Positions 18,894 to 28,845 of a stretch of DNA of 64,000 nt are shown in pieces; the first letter of the stretch is position 1; every line of letters starts with the position of its first letter. The position numbers and the translations under genes were made by a program. A model generated the notes under the pieces. That model worked only from the letters and a program-made list of their open reading frames with translations, did not search any database and had not been told where the DNA came from. The stretch is from an uncultured Muribaculaceae bacterium (lineage in GTDB: Bacteria > Bacteroidota > Bacteroidia > Bacteroidales > Muribaculaceae). The stretch is from positions 6,979-70,978 of the forward strand of contig CAJTTG010000007.1 in the NCBI GenBank assembly GCA_910579185.1. The letters are read 5' to 3'.

Positions 18894-19727
18894 TTACTTT
18901 ATTCGTTTAATGACATCCAACCGCCTGATATCCTGTCGATCATCGTAGATACCCAGCGGAGGAAATGAATAACTGATCTCATGAATTGTTCCGTTCATTA
19001 AATACCGCAGGGCGTTATGCTTCTTTTCTGTATTGCGATACAAAAAACTGTTGGATGAATAATATATGGAACTGTCCGGTTTTCCATTGTCTTTGAGTGG
19101 GTAGTACGCCGGTAATCGAATGAGCAGACTGTCTAATTTTTCACCAACAGAATACTCAAACCGCTCTGCTTTCCCAAAATCATAATTCACGTCATACACT
19201 TGCAGCGCATCGCCAAGGATTTTCCCATTATGATCGTTCTCCCGTAGCCTCCTGCTCACATTTCCATCCGGTTCCATCCGTTGGATGTACTCATAGACCG
19301 TCCGGTTTTTTATGAACCGGTCAACAACGAGGCTATCGCCACGTTCATCGCTCCACCATTTGCAATGCCAGTAATCACCGTGCTTCCTGATCACATACGG
19401 ATGTTCCACATCGTCAGACCGCCGGACAACTATCAGATTGTCCGTCTGCCGGACATAGACAAAAGGAGTGTCGGCAACCGGCATCTCTCCTTTGAGTGTC
19501 GGCATGTCAAACCGTTGGAATGTCTTGTATCGCAGACCCTCTCTTGGAGTTTTGCCAGCAGTGATCCCGGGTTCTTCTCCGCTGACTTTCAGATTCACTT
19601 CTGCCGGGATGTCCGGCGCAACCGGAACCCACCAGCGTCTTTCACGTATTTTCCCACAGCCATACATGCCCGTCAAGGCAATGATCCCGACTATGGCTGT
19701 TGTTATTATTTTACCTGTTGTTCTCAT
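18894..19727 (-). CDS. Hypothetical lipoprotein, paralogue of 21003-21827
   Basis: Lipobox MYGC after MRTTGKII. Shares collinear blocks with 21003-21827. Confidence 0.7.
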   Translation of the reverse strand: MRTTGKIITTAIVGIIALTGMYGCGKIRERRWWVPVAPDIPAEVNLKVSGEEPGITAGKTPREGLRYKTFQRFDMPTLKGEMPVADTPFVYVRQTDNLIVVRRSDDVEHPYVIRKHGDYWHCKWWSDERGDSLVVDRFIKNRTVYEYIQRMEPDGNVSRRLRENDHNGKILGDALQVYDVNYDFGKAERFEYSVGEKLDSLLIRLPAYYPLKDNGKPDSSIYYSSNSFLYRNTEKKHNALRYLMNGTIHEISYSFPPLGIYDDRQDIRRLDVIKRIK

Positions 19728-20217
19728 TGATTCTGACTCTTTTTGCTTTGCCAATACGGCAGCTGTCATCATATATGCTGAATCCATACATTCTCTGATC
19801 CAACTTAATCGTAGTGGATTCTTTGATGATTAATTCCGGATCGACCCACAATTTTTTCCAGTCGGTTGTTTTCGCCATTTCATTTTTTATATGGAAGCGG
19901 AAACTGTTGCAGCTGGCATACGTGATCACATCATACGGATCCAGCACATATATGTCGGCAGATGTTGAATCCGGCACAAAAATCTCTATATCCTGCGAGT
20001 CAATCCTCGGCCAATTGATTATCAGGGTATCGGTGAGTGCATCCTCGCTTCGGCCTATGCGTATCATATTGTAGTCCAACTCCGGATCAAGGCGGTCAAT
20101 GGTCAGATACAGATTGCATCTATCCACCCTATAAAGCTTCTCATCGGGTGAAAGGAAACAGGAATGCGTCACCGCCAGCAGTACGCCGCAAATCAACAAT
20201 TTCAATACTCTGCTCAT
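19711..20217 (-). CDS. Hypothetical lipoprotein
   Basis: Signal peptide ending THSC. Confidence 0.65.
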   Translation of the reverse strand: MSRVLKLLICGVLLAVTHSCFLSPDEKLYRVDRCNLYLTIDRLDPELDYNMIRIGRSEDALTDTLIINWPRIDSQDIEIFVPDSTSADIYVLDPYDVITYASCNSFRFHIKNEMAKTTDWKKLWVDPELIIKESTTIKLDQRMYGFSIYDDSCRIGKAKRVRINENNR

Positions 20218-20371
20218 TTCTTAATGGTATTATTTAAAACCGGGCTGAAATTACTGTAGTCGGTAAATCTGATGACCTCTGCACTCGGAGTATTCCACAA
20301 AGCACCCATTTGCAATTGCGCATGGCATCGACAACATAACTGCGAATAATGTCAATAGATATTTCATGGCG

Positions 20372-20866
20372 TTATTTGTCGTCTATAGCGTGTCTGTGGT
20401 TTTTCCCGATGTCATTGACCAGATCATTTATCGCATCAGGTGTATGATATCGCGTCGAACCACGGTCAATCCCTCCAGCTGTGATCCATAGTAATTCAAT
20501 GTTGTTTTCGTCATCGTATATAAGTATCTGCCCGATTATATCAGGACTATCACTGAAATAGAGAACATTACCTTTGATTATCTTTAAACGTAAGGCCGGT
20601 GAATCCGTATCATATTTGAGTTGTTCACGGATCTCCATCCCATTCAGAATATTCATGAAAGAGTCGATCTCCGCTTTATCTGTAATCCAGCGATAAGGTC
20701 TTTTGAAAAGATCCCTCCATGCCTCATCAAAGCTAACCCTTGTTTCTCCAATTGGTTGCAGGATACCCGGATCCGAGGCCTTGATCAGAATCCTGCAAAC
20801 CTGAGCATTTGCCGACATCGACAACAAGACTATGAATATCAATATTAGTTTATTCAACTTTATCAT
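20372..20866 (-). CDS. Hypothetical exported protein
   Basis: Signal peptide MIKLNKLILIFIVLLSMSANA-Q. Confidence 0.7.
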   Translation of the reverse strand: MIKLNKLILIFIVLLSMSANAQVCRILIKASDPGILQPIGETRVSFDEAWRDLFKRPYRWITDKAEIDSFMNILNGMEIREQLKYDTDSPALRLKIIKGNVLYFSDSPDIIGQILIYDDENNIELLWITAGGIDRGSTRYHTPDAINDLVNDIGKNHRHAIDDK

Positions 20867-21002
20867 GACAATAATGTGCATTAAATCTTCTTGTGATTAT
20901 TTTTTTGAGGACTATATGGGGTTCTACACAATCTGCATGATCACCTGTCGAATCCTATTTAAAGTTTGGAATAAATCATTTGAACTATAAGCCTCCATTA
21001 GC

Positions 21003-21827
21003 TCAATGCTGACGAATTGTTTCAATCTTTCCATGCTCATTTATATATCTGTAAAAATAAGCAGTCTCTGTAATAAAAACCATCTGATAGTAGCGATCAT
21101 TAAAAAGACCAATAGCGGATCTCGGGACTGTATATGAATTTTTTGAATTTTTTTCTGAAATCCTATAGACAGTATCTAAAGTTTCGATGTTCTCAGTCCT
21201 AATTCTATCTGATTTCAAATCAGTATTCCAACCAACACCAAATTCATCCTTAAGAAATCGTTCAATTTTTCCAATATCCATATTTTCATAAAAACGTGTC
21301 TTTGGAACATTCCTGAAGTAATATGTTTTGTTTCTATCCTTGGTTCTAACACTGAATATTTGCGATACAGAGTCAGTATTCAAGGAGCGAATAAATTCAT
21401 AGACGGTGTCATTGTGGACATATCTATCAACTATCTTAGGCGATATACCGGTCATTGATTGTTGCTGAGCCTCGGTCATATTTATATTATACGTCCGTCT
21501 ATTATACCAGTATTTCCCTTGCCGATAAAATATAAATGGGTGATCCATATCATTGCTTAATCTGACGATAACGCTATCCGGACTCTCTTTTACAAACACA
21601 TTTGTAGAATCTACTATTGTCTCATTTCCTGACATTGAATAGACATCAAATGATCCAAATTTTTTATATTGCAAAGTGTCGTATGGCTGGTGATAGTTGT
21701 CATCAATTGTGAATTGTTTTATGGAATCGATTGTGACCTCAGATGGGGCATCTGTTTTTCCACCATTGTTTGAGCACGAGATGAATAAAAGCACTGATAA
21801 AATAAGTACATTTTTGAAACGTGACAT
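21003..21827 (-). CDS. Hypothetical lipoprotein, first gene of the AT-rich operon
   Basis: Lipobox FISC. Minus-strand TATATTTG promoter near 21853-21860. Confidence 0.75.
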   Translation of the reverse strand: MSRFKNVLILSVLLFISCSNNGGKTDAPSEVTIDSIKQFTIDDNYHQPYDTLQYKKFGSFDVYSMSGNETIVDSTNVFVKESPDSVIVRLSNDMDHPFIFYRQGKYWYNRRTYNINMTEAQQQSMTGISPKIVDRYVHNDTVYEFIRSLNTDSVSQIFSVRTKDRNKTYYFRNVPKTRFYENMDIGKIERFLKDEFGVGWNTDLKSDRIRTENIETLDTVYRISEKNSKNSYTVPRSAIGLFNDRYYQMVFITETAYFYRYINEHGKIETIRQH

Positions 21828-21973
21828 GGTATTGATCTATTTACTTTTATCACAAATATAATCCATGGCGGATGCTGTTTGCAAATTTTAGCTAATGATT
21901 AACTTTTATTAAATGAAAATGCGCCGGCTCTCGATGAGGGCTGGCGCAGTAGATGAAATATGGGATTACGGGG

Positions 21974-22258
21974 TTAGTTTTTTCTGCGTTTTCGGCGGTC
22001 GTTGTGTACCTTTATGCCGAACACGATTGCGCTGGAAACGGTTGTGATGGTGTTTGTGATCACAAGCGGCCAGTTGCTTAATAAAAGTCCTTGGATTACG
22101 AAAAATATGCTTCCGGCTCCCAACAGGAGGAAGGTGGGGAGGGCTATGCCGTCGGTGTCGCGTGTGCGGATGGTGTAGATGGCCTGTGGCAGATAGCCGC
22201 ACACCATGCAGATTGCGGCCGTGTAGCCTACGATTTCGGTTATGAGTGCTGTTGTCAT
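21974..22258 (-). CDS. SemiSWEET / PQ-loop transporter
   Basis: Three TMs, 'YLPQAIYTIRTRDTDGIA' PQ motif and 'PLVITN'. Start set at MTTALI. Confidence 0.85.
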   Translation of the reverse strand: MTTALITEIVGYTAAICMVCGYLPQAIYTIRTRDTDGIALPTFLLLGAGSIFFVIQGLLLSNWPLVITNTITTVSSAIVFGIKVHNDRRKRRKN

Positions 22259-22284
22259 GACGATAATCTGGTTGTGGGTTAAAT

Positions 22285-22314
22285 AAAAAAGCCGGAGCTG
22301 TTGAGCGCTCCGGC
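22285..22314 (-). terminator. Intrinsic terminator after der
   Basis: GCCGGAGC / GCTCCGGC stem with a T6 tract on the minus strand. Confidence 0.7.
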
Positions 22315-22343
22315 CTGATGGTTTTGTGCTGTAGGTGGGGCGT

Positions 22344-23666
22344 TTATTTCTCGCGCATATAGACGTTGATCGGAGTTCCACTGAAGTCCCAGTTCTCGCG
22401 TATCTTGTTCTCGAGATAGCGACGGTAGGGCTCCTTGACCCACTGGGGTAGATTGCAGAAGAAGATAAACGTGGGGATTGGCGCTCCCTTCAGCATTGTT
22501 ATATATTTGATCTTGATGTATTTGCCTTTGTTGGCTGGTGGGGGATAGGCATCAATGGCCTCGCGCATCACGGTGTTGAGCTGCGATGTCGGGACGGTGC
22601 GGCAGCGGTTGTGGTAGACCTCCACGGCTGTTTCCAGCACTTTGTAGATGCGCTGCTTGGTCAGGGCCGATCCGAAGATGATGGGGAAGTCGGTGAATGG
22701 TGCGAAACGTTCGCGTATGGTGTTCTCGAAGTGTTTGATGGCCACTTCCGATTTGTCCTTCACGAGATCCCATTTGTTGACGCAGACCACGAGCCCTTTC
22801 TTGTTGCGCTGGATCAGCGAGAAGATGCTCACATCCTGTGCCTCGATTCCACGGGTTGCGTCGATCATCAGGATACACACGTCGGATGCCTCAATGGCGC
22901 GGATCGAACGGATCACGGAATAGTATTCGATGTCCTCGTTGACCTTCGTTTTCTTGCGGATGCCGGCGGTGTCGACAAGATAGAAGTCGAAGCCGAACTT
23001 ATTGTAACGTGTATAGATCGAGTCACGTGTAGTTCCGGCTATATCGGTCACAATGTTGCGGTCCTCTCCGATGAATGAGTTGATGATTGAGGATTTTCCT
23101 GCGTTAGGGCGGCCTACAATGGCGAATCTCGGAATATTGTCGAGATGCTGGTCGGCATCATCTTCTGTCGGTTCCGGGAGCTCGCGGACAACCTCGTCGA
23201 GCAGATCGCCGGTACCGAAGCCGTTGATCGCCGAGATAGGGTAGGGATCGCCGAGACCGAGAGCATAGAATTCGGGCACGTTGTAGAGCCAGTCGTTGGA
23301 ATCTACTTTATTGGCTACCAGGATCACCGGTTTTTTTGATTTGCGGAGGATTTCGGCAACATGATCGTCGAGGTCGGTGACGCCGTTCATCGCGTCGACA
23401 ACGAACAGGATCTCGTCGGCCTGTTCTATGGCGAGATGCACCTGCTTGTTGATCTCTCCTTCAAAGATGTCGTCGGAGTTGACTACCCAGCCACCGGTGT
23501 CGACAATGGAAAATTCGCGGCCGTTCCAATCCACGTGGCCATACTGGCGGTCGCGCGTGGTGCCGGCGGTTTCGTCGACGATTGCCGTACGCGATTCTGT
23601 CAGGCGGTTGAAAAGGGTGGATTTGCCCACGTTCGGGCGGCCTACAATGGCGATTAACTGTCCCAT
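22344..23666 (-). CDS. der: Ribosome biogenesis GTPase Der (EngA)
   Basis: Two GTPase domains ([24 protein letters not shown]) plus a KH-like C-terminus. Confidence 0.98.
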   Translation of the reverse strand: MGQLIAIVGRPNVGKSTLFNRLTESRTAIVDETAGTTRDRQYGHVDWNGREFSIVDTGGWVVNSDDIFEGEINKQVHLAIEQADEILFVVDAMNGVTDLDDHVAEILRKSKKPVILVANKVDSNDWLYNVPEFYALGLGDPYPISAINGFGTGDLLDEVVRELPEPTEDDADQHLDNIPRFAIVGRPNAGKSSIINSFIGEDRNIVTDIAGTTRDSIYTRYNKFGFDFYLVDTAGIRKKTKVNEDIEYYSVIRSIRAIEASDVCILMIDATRGIEAQDVSIFSLIQRNKKGLVVCVNKWDLVKDKSEVAIKHFENTIRERFAPFTDFPIIFGSALTKQRIYKVLETAVEVYHNRCRTVPTSQLNTVMREAIDAYPPPANKGKYIKIKYITMLKGAPIPTFIFFCNLPQWVKEPYRRYLENKIRENWDFSGTPINVYMREK

Positions 23667-23711
23667 ATTAAAGTGCTAAAATACTTGAATCTGATGCAAA
23701 TTTAGCGAAAA

Positions 23712-24602
23712 TTATTCAATATATCCGAATGCGCGCAGTTTATTGTCGCGGTTGCGCCAGTTCGGTTCTACCTTGACGAAGAGCTCGAGAAACACTTTCT
23801 TGCCGAAAAATGTCTCAATGTCGCGGCGTGCTTCGGTGCCTACTTTTTTCAGTTTCGCACCCTGTCGGCCAATGATGATGCCCTTCTGGGAGTCGCGCTC
23901 CACGTAGATCACTGCCATGATGTGTATGGCACCCTCTTTTTCGTCGAATTTCTCAACGATAACCTCAGTCGAATAGGGGACCTCCTTGTCGTAGTTCAGG
24001 AGGATTTTCTCGCGGATAATCTCTGTGACAAAAAATCTTGCCGGTTTGTCGGTCAGCGCGTCCTTTCCGAAATAGGGGGCATGCTGCGGCAGAAGCTCCA
24101 CGATGCGGTTCATGAGGTTCTCGACATTGAAATGTTCCTTAGCCGATGTGGGGAAGATTTCGGCGTTGGGGAGCAGCTGACGCCAGCGGTCAACAATCGC
24201 GTTCAGTTCGTCCTGCGACTTGACAAGGTCTATTTTGTTGATAACCAGCAGCACGGGGATTGTTTCCTTGGCCACTTTGGCAAGATAGTCGGCGTTCTTG
24301 GTGGGGTCTTCAACAACGTCGGTCACATACAGAAGCACGTCGGCATCGGTCAATGCACCTTCTGAGAATCCAAGCATGCTTTCCTGAAGCTTGTATTTCG
24401 GGTCAAGTACTCCGGGGGTATCGGAGAACACGATCTGGTACTCGTCGGTGTTGACGATGCCCATTATGCGGTGGCGTGTGGTCTGTGCTTTGGATGTTAT
24501 GATGCTTATGCGTTCGCCTACGAGGTCGTTGGTCAGTGTGGATTTTCCTACGTTGGGGTTGCCTACGATATTGACAAATCCCGCTTTATGGTTTTCAGTC
24601 AT
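23712..24602 (-). CDS. era: GTPase Era
   Basis: GNPNVGKS, QTTR, DTPG, NKID and the KH motif 'SQKGIIIG'. Confidence 0.98.
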   Translation of the reverse strand: MTENHKAGFVNIVGNPNVGKSTLTNDLVGERISIITSKAQTTRHRIMGIVNTDEYQIVFSDTPGVLDPKYKLQESMLGFSEGALTDADVLLYVTDVVEDPTKNADYLAKVAKETIPVLLVINKIDLVKSQDELNAIVDRWRQLLPNAEIFPTSAKEHFNVENLMNRIVELLPQHAPYFGKDALTDKPARFFVTEIIREKILLNYDKEVPYSTEVIVEKFDEKEGAIHIMAVIYVERDSQKGIIIGRQGAKLKKVGTEARRDIETFFGKKVFLELFVKVEPNWRNRDNKLRAFGYIE

Positions 24603-24702
24603 AGCTGTTTGAATTTTGGTTACAAGAATAAAACACTAATAGCACCATAAAAGATGCTATTAGTGTTTATTTTTTTATTTTCTTGACAGAACGGATGAGT
24701 GA

Positions 24703-25686
24703 TCAAAGATCCCAGATCACATACATCGCACCCCATGTGAAGCCGGCTCCAAATGCTGTCAGCACCAGACGGTCGCCCTTCTTGAGGCGGTGTTTGTTCT
24801 CGTCGATACACAATGGAATCGACGCTGCTGATGTGTTGCCGCGGTATTCGATGTTGACGAGCACCTTCTCGGGGTCGATGCCGGCACGTGATGCGACGGC
24901 CTCGATGATGCGCAGGTTGGCCTGATGGGGAATCAGCCAGTCCACGGACTCCATGGTCAGGTTGTTGCGCTCGCAGATCTCAAGGGTGGCGTTGAGCATG
25001 TCTGTAACGGCGTGTTTGTAGACGAATCGGCCGTCCTGGAACAGGAAGTTGTCGCCGCGGTCCACGGTCTCGTGGGTTGTGGGCATAACGGAACCACCGG
25101 CATTCATGATCAGGTGGTCGCGGCCAACGCCGTCAACGTGGAACACACCATCGATGATACCTACGGGTTCTTCGGTGGGGGTGATGAGCATTGCAGCGGC
25201 ACCGTCGCCGAACAGCGGACAGGTGGCGCGATCCTCATAGTTGACCATTGATGACATTTTCTCGGCAGCCACTACCACAACTTTCTTGCGGAGTCCGGAT
25301 TTCACGTATGCCGCAGCATCTTCCAAGGCCACGATGCAGCCTGCGCAGGCAGCCTGAATATCATAGGCGTAAGCCGATTTGAGGCCGCAGCCATGGGCTA
25401 TGACGGATCCCGTGGATGGGAAACGATAGTCGGGATTTGAGGTGGCGCAGATCAGCAGGTCAACTTCTTCAGGTTTGGTGCCGGTCGATTCAAGCAGTCG
25501 GTTGACAGCCTGAATGCCCATGTAGGAAGAGCCGGCTCCCTCTTTTTTGAGGATGCGGCGTTCCTTGATTCCGACGCGAGTTGTGATCCATTCGTCGTTA
25601 GTGTCCACCATTTTCGACAGCATTTCGTTGTCGAGGATGTCGTCGGGAACAAAAGATGCGACACCCGATATTCTTGCATTCAGCAT
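24703..25686 (-). CDS. fabH: 3-oxoacyl-ACP synthase III
   Basis: AAC active site, 'LFGDGA', 'PHQAN', 'GNTSAAS' and 'FGAGFTWG'. Confidence 0.97.
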   Translation of the reverse strand: MLNARISGVASFVPDDILDNEMLSKMVDTNDEWITTRVGIKERRILKKEGAGSSYMGIQAVNRLLESTGTKPEEVDLLICATSNPDYRFPSTGSVIAHGCGLKSAYAYDIQAACAGCIVALEDAAAYVKSGLRKKVVVVAAEKMSSMVNYEDRATCPLFGDGAAAMLITPTEEPVGIIDGVFHVDGVGRDHLIMNAGGSVMPTTHETVDRGDNFLFQDGRFVYKHAVTDMLNATLEICERNNLTMESVDWLIPHQANLRIIEAVASRAGIDPEKVLVNIEYRGNTSAASIPLCIDENKHRLKKGDRLVLTAFGAGFTWGAMYVIWDL

Positions 25687-25867
25687 GGTCTTTGGAGATG
25701 TGTAAGGGTGGTGAGATGTTTGCGTGACAAATATCCTCCGGAATATCCGCTCTTTGTGGGTTGGATATTCGGAGAATACGGTGTTATGTCAATTAAAAGT
25801 AATGGCCACGTCGGCTTTTACCAGTCGGTGCGTGAGATCTCTGATTGTGTGCAGTTGTACTGCCGGA

Positions 25868-26053
25868 TCAGATAACCTCTGCTTTTTCGATGGCGATTTT
25901 GCCGCGGTAGTGTCCACATTCGCCGCACACTGTGTGGTAGATGTGCCAAGCGCCGCAGTTAGGGCAGATAGCCAGCGTGGGAGCCACAGCCTTATCGTGA
26001 GTTCTACGCTTTGCTGTGCGGGTCTTCGATTGTTTGCGTTTAGGATGTGCCAT
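25868..26053 (-). CDS. rpmF: 50S ribosomal protein L32
   Basis: MAHPKRKQSK...CPNCG...HTVCGECGHY. Confidence 0.98.
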   Translation of the reverse strand: MAHPKRKQSKTRTAKRRTHDKAVAPTLAICPNCGAWHIYHTVCGECGHYRGKIAIEKAEVI

Positions 26054-26117
26054 TGTTTTTTAGGTTATTGTTTTTATTGTTATTGTCAAATAATGTCTTT
26101 AAGTATCGGGCCGATTG

Positions 26118-26714
26118 TCAGTTGTCCGACGGATCGGCAGGGGCTATGTTCTTGAGTGCGTCCCATCGCGGATCTGTGGCCTGAGGCTGATCGCCGCTGT
26201 CCATGGTCTCCATCTCATCGATGAGGCTGTCTTCCAGTTCGGCATCTTCATCGTCGGGACGGTGCGCACGATGTTTTTTCAGCATGGCGCTCATCTGCCG
26301 GTTGCATTTGCCAAGCGGATGAACATGCTTGATGGGAATTGTCAGCGCCACTGTGTCGTGGATCATGTAGGCGACGTTGATGTCGGCATCGCTCTGCGGA
26401 ATGATCAGAAGGTCGTCGGAGTCATCGTTGTAGTCCTCGCCATATTTCACGGCGATCGAATACGTTGTGTCAACCGGCATGATCAGATCGTCGAGGCAGC
26501 GGTCGCATATTAGGGTCATGGTGCCGGTGATGGCGAAGTTCATCTGATATAGATCGCCTTTGTGATCTACGGTCAGACGTACGTCCAGATCGGCATCGTG
26601 GATGTCGGGGTTCTCCATGTCTTTGAAGAACTGCTTGCCAAGATGGAACTCAAATTCCTGAGCCCCTTGGGGCATGCTTGCCAACTGAATCTTATATGCT
26701 GTAAACTTTCCCAC
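26118..26714 (-). CDS. yceD: YceD / DUF177 family protein
   Basis: 'CDRCLD' and 'DPRWDALK' motifs, upstream of rpmF. Probable GTG start at 26714. Confidence 0.9.
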   Translation of the reverse strand: MGKFTAYKIQLASMPQGAQEFEFHLGKQFFKDMENPDIHDADLDVRLTVDHKGDLYQMNFAITGTMTLICDRCLDDLIMPVDTTYSIAVKYGEDYNDDSDDLLIIPQSDADINVAYMIHDTVALTIPIKHVHPLGKCNRQMSAMLKKHRAHRPDDEDAELEDSLIDEMETMDSGDQPQATDPRWDALKNIAPADPSDN

Positions 26715-26826
26715 TTGCTGGTCAATGTTGAAAAAACTGTGCAAAGTTATATAATATCTTCGATTTGTCCAAGCAAATCAGCATTTTTTGATTTTTCTTG
26801 AACTCGCAAAGTCGTAAAGCCGGCTG

Positions 26827-27525
26827 TCAAAATTTATATCCGAGCGTGGCGGCGATGATCTGCTCCTTGAAATGGCATCGTTCGCCGGCCTGTGCGATTC
26901 CTCTTACCGGAAGGTTGTATTGCGACATGTTGAGTAATCCCTGAGAGAATCCAACGCCGATCAGATAGTGTGAGGCTATGGTTGCGGTCAGTCCCACGTT
27001 CCAGAAAACGTCGGCGCGTTTGAGATATTCACCATCGAGAGTGTAAGGACTATTGTCGTAGTTTTTCTTTCCATCGTGATGAGCTCCGGCAGAAAAACCG
27101 ATGGATAATTGCGGCCCTGTGGTGACAGCGAGGCTGAATTTATCCGAAAAGTCGAAATGGTAGCCTACCAGACAGTTGATGCGTCCACCGAAGATCCACA
27201 TGTGTGACACTGTAGCATGGTGCGTGTCCTTGACTCCTCCCTCCACGGAATAACGGTTTTCAAAGATAGTCAGCCCCGTCTCCAGATAAAGATTGTGCCA
27301 CAAAGGAATATCTAAAGCCACAGTTCCACTCACACCCGGAAGACCGCTGAGGCTGATTCCGCTGTCATGGAAATTCTGGCTGACGGGATCGGAATACTCG
27401 TATGAGCTACGCACGGAAAAGCTGAGTGTGTTATCTGGATTGTTGAAAATGGAGGACTGGGCATGCGATGTCGTGGATGATAAAACGATCGCCAATAGGA
27501 CAAAAAAGCGGATTGGATGTCTCAT
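26827..27525 (-). CDS. Outer-membrane beta-barrel (porin family) protein
   Basis: Signal peptide, amphipathic beta strands, terminal 'TLGYKF'. Confidence 0.8.
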   Translation of the reverse strand: MRHPIRFFVLLAIVLSSTTSHAQSSIFNNPDNTLSFSVRSSYEYSDPVSQNFHDSGISLSGLPGVSGTVALDIPLWHNLYLETGLTIFENRYSVEGGVKDTHHATVSHMWIFGGRINCLVGYHFDFSDKFSLAVTTGPQLSIGFSAGAHHDGKKNYDNSPYTLDGEYLKRADVFWNVGLTATIASHYLIGVGFSQGLLNMSQYNLPVRGIAQAGERCHFKEQIIAATLGYKF

Positions 27526-27878
27526 GATCGGGATTGAATTTAAAAGGGCTTATTTCAGGATGGTATAGATTGGTGTCTGTAGTTGTTGTAATTGCAAATA
27601 TACGGATTCTTTTGTGAAATGTGGCATATAAGAGCTTTTTTCGGGACTGTGGTTGAACTATTGGTCGGAATCGGTTGTTTCATAAGCAAGAGAAGGCATT
27701 TTGCTGACGTTATTAAAAAGTCACGAAGATTCAGATTTGAGATAACCTTCTCAGCCCGATTCCCCCACCCGGATTCGGGCTTCTCTTTTTTTATGGCATG
27801 TGATATTATGGGATATGCTGTTATGCGTTGTTCGGATTATTGTTTGTAATTTTGTGGCCGGTTAATAACGTTTCAATC

Positions 27879-28835
27879 ATGAAAGCAAACGAAATCCGGC
27901 AGCGGTTGAAGCCTTGGATGCTTCCGGCGGCCATGCTAAGCGGACTGCTGTTTCATAGTTATATCTCATATGTGGCGTTTCTGACACCCTATCTGATCTT
28001 TGTCATGCTCCTGATCACGTTCTGCAAGATAAATCCGCGTGAATTCGGGGTCTCTCCGGTGATATGGCGGTTGCTTGCGGTTCAGGTCTTGGGCGGAGTG
28101 GTGGCCTATGTGGTGATTCGCCCGTTCAGCGTCGATGTGGCGCAAGGGTTGTTTATCTGTGTGTTCTGCCCCACGGCTACTGCAGCTCCCGTAGTGACCG
28201 GTATGCTCGGAGGCAGTGTGATAAAGCTGATTGCCTATTCGCTGGTGAGCAATGTGACGGTGGCCGTCACGGCTCCATGTCTTCTTGCATGGATTGGGTC
28301 GGGCGACATTGATATCATGGCAACCGCTGCGTCGATCATGCAGCAGGTGGCTCCATTGATTCTGTTGCCGCTTGTTGTGGCTCTCGTGATGCGTAAGGTG
28401 ACCCCCCGGTTGCATCAGGCCATAGGCTCACACCAGTCGCTGTCGTTCTACATCTGGGCTGTGTCGCTCTTTGTGGTTGTCGGTAAGTCGGTCAGCTTCA
28501 TATTGGCGGAGCCGGCTTCTAAAATTCCGGAGATAATAATTCTGGCTTTCGGCGCCGGAGTGGTGTGTGGACTGCAATTTTATGTCGGGCGTCGCATAGG
28601 AGCGCGTTTCGGCGACCGTATCAGCGGTGCGCAGGGGCTTGGCCAGAAAAACACGGTGCTTGCCATCTGGCTTGCCTTGACATTTCTCAATCCCATCTCG
28701 TCAGTAGCTCCGGCGGCATATATAGCATGGCAGAACACCATCAATTCCTTGCAGCTCTATTACAGACAGAAAAAAGAGCTGAAAGCAAAACATAATTGTG
28801 TGTCAAACGTTAAATTAACAAAACACAATTTATAA
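27879..28835 (+). CDS. Bile acid:sodium symporter-like transporter
   Basis: Multiple TMs with 'CPTATAAPVVTGMLGG' and 'GQKNT'. Start set at MKANEI. Confidence 0.8.
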   Translation: MKANEIRQRLKPWMLPAAMLSGLLFHSYISYVAFLTPYLIFVMLLITFCKINPREFGVSPVIWRLLAVQVLGGVVAYVVIRPFSVDVAQGLFICVFCPTATAAPVVTGMLGGSVIKLIAYSLVSNVTVAVTAPCLLAWIGSGDIDIMATAASIMQQVAPLILLPLVVALVMRKVTPRLHQAIGSHQSLSFYIWAVSLFVVVGKSVSFILAEPASKIPEIIILAFGAGVVCGLQFYVGRRIGARFGDRISGAQGLGQKNTVLAIWLALTFLNPISSVAPAAYIAWQNTINSLQLYYRQKKELKAKHNCVSNVKLTKHNL

Positions 28836-28845
28836 AACTTGCGAT

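Noticed and set aside
24631..24668. 14-bp perfect inverted repeat between fabH and era as a novel element
   Set aside because: Adequately explained as an AT-rich terminator or processing hairpin, and it is single copy.
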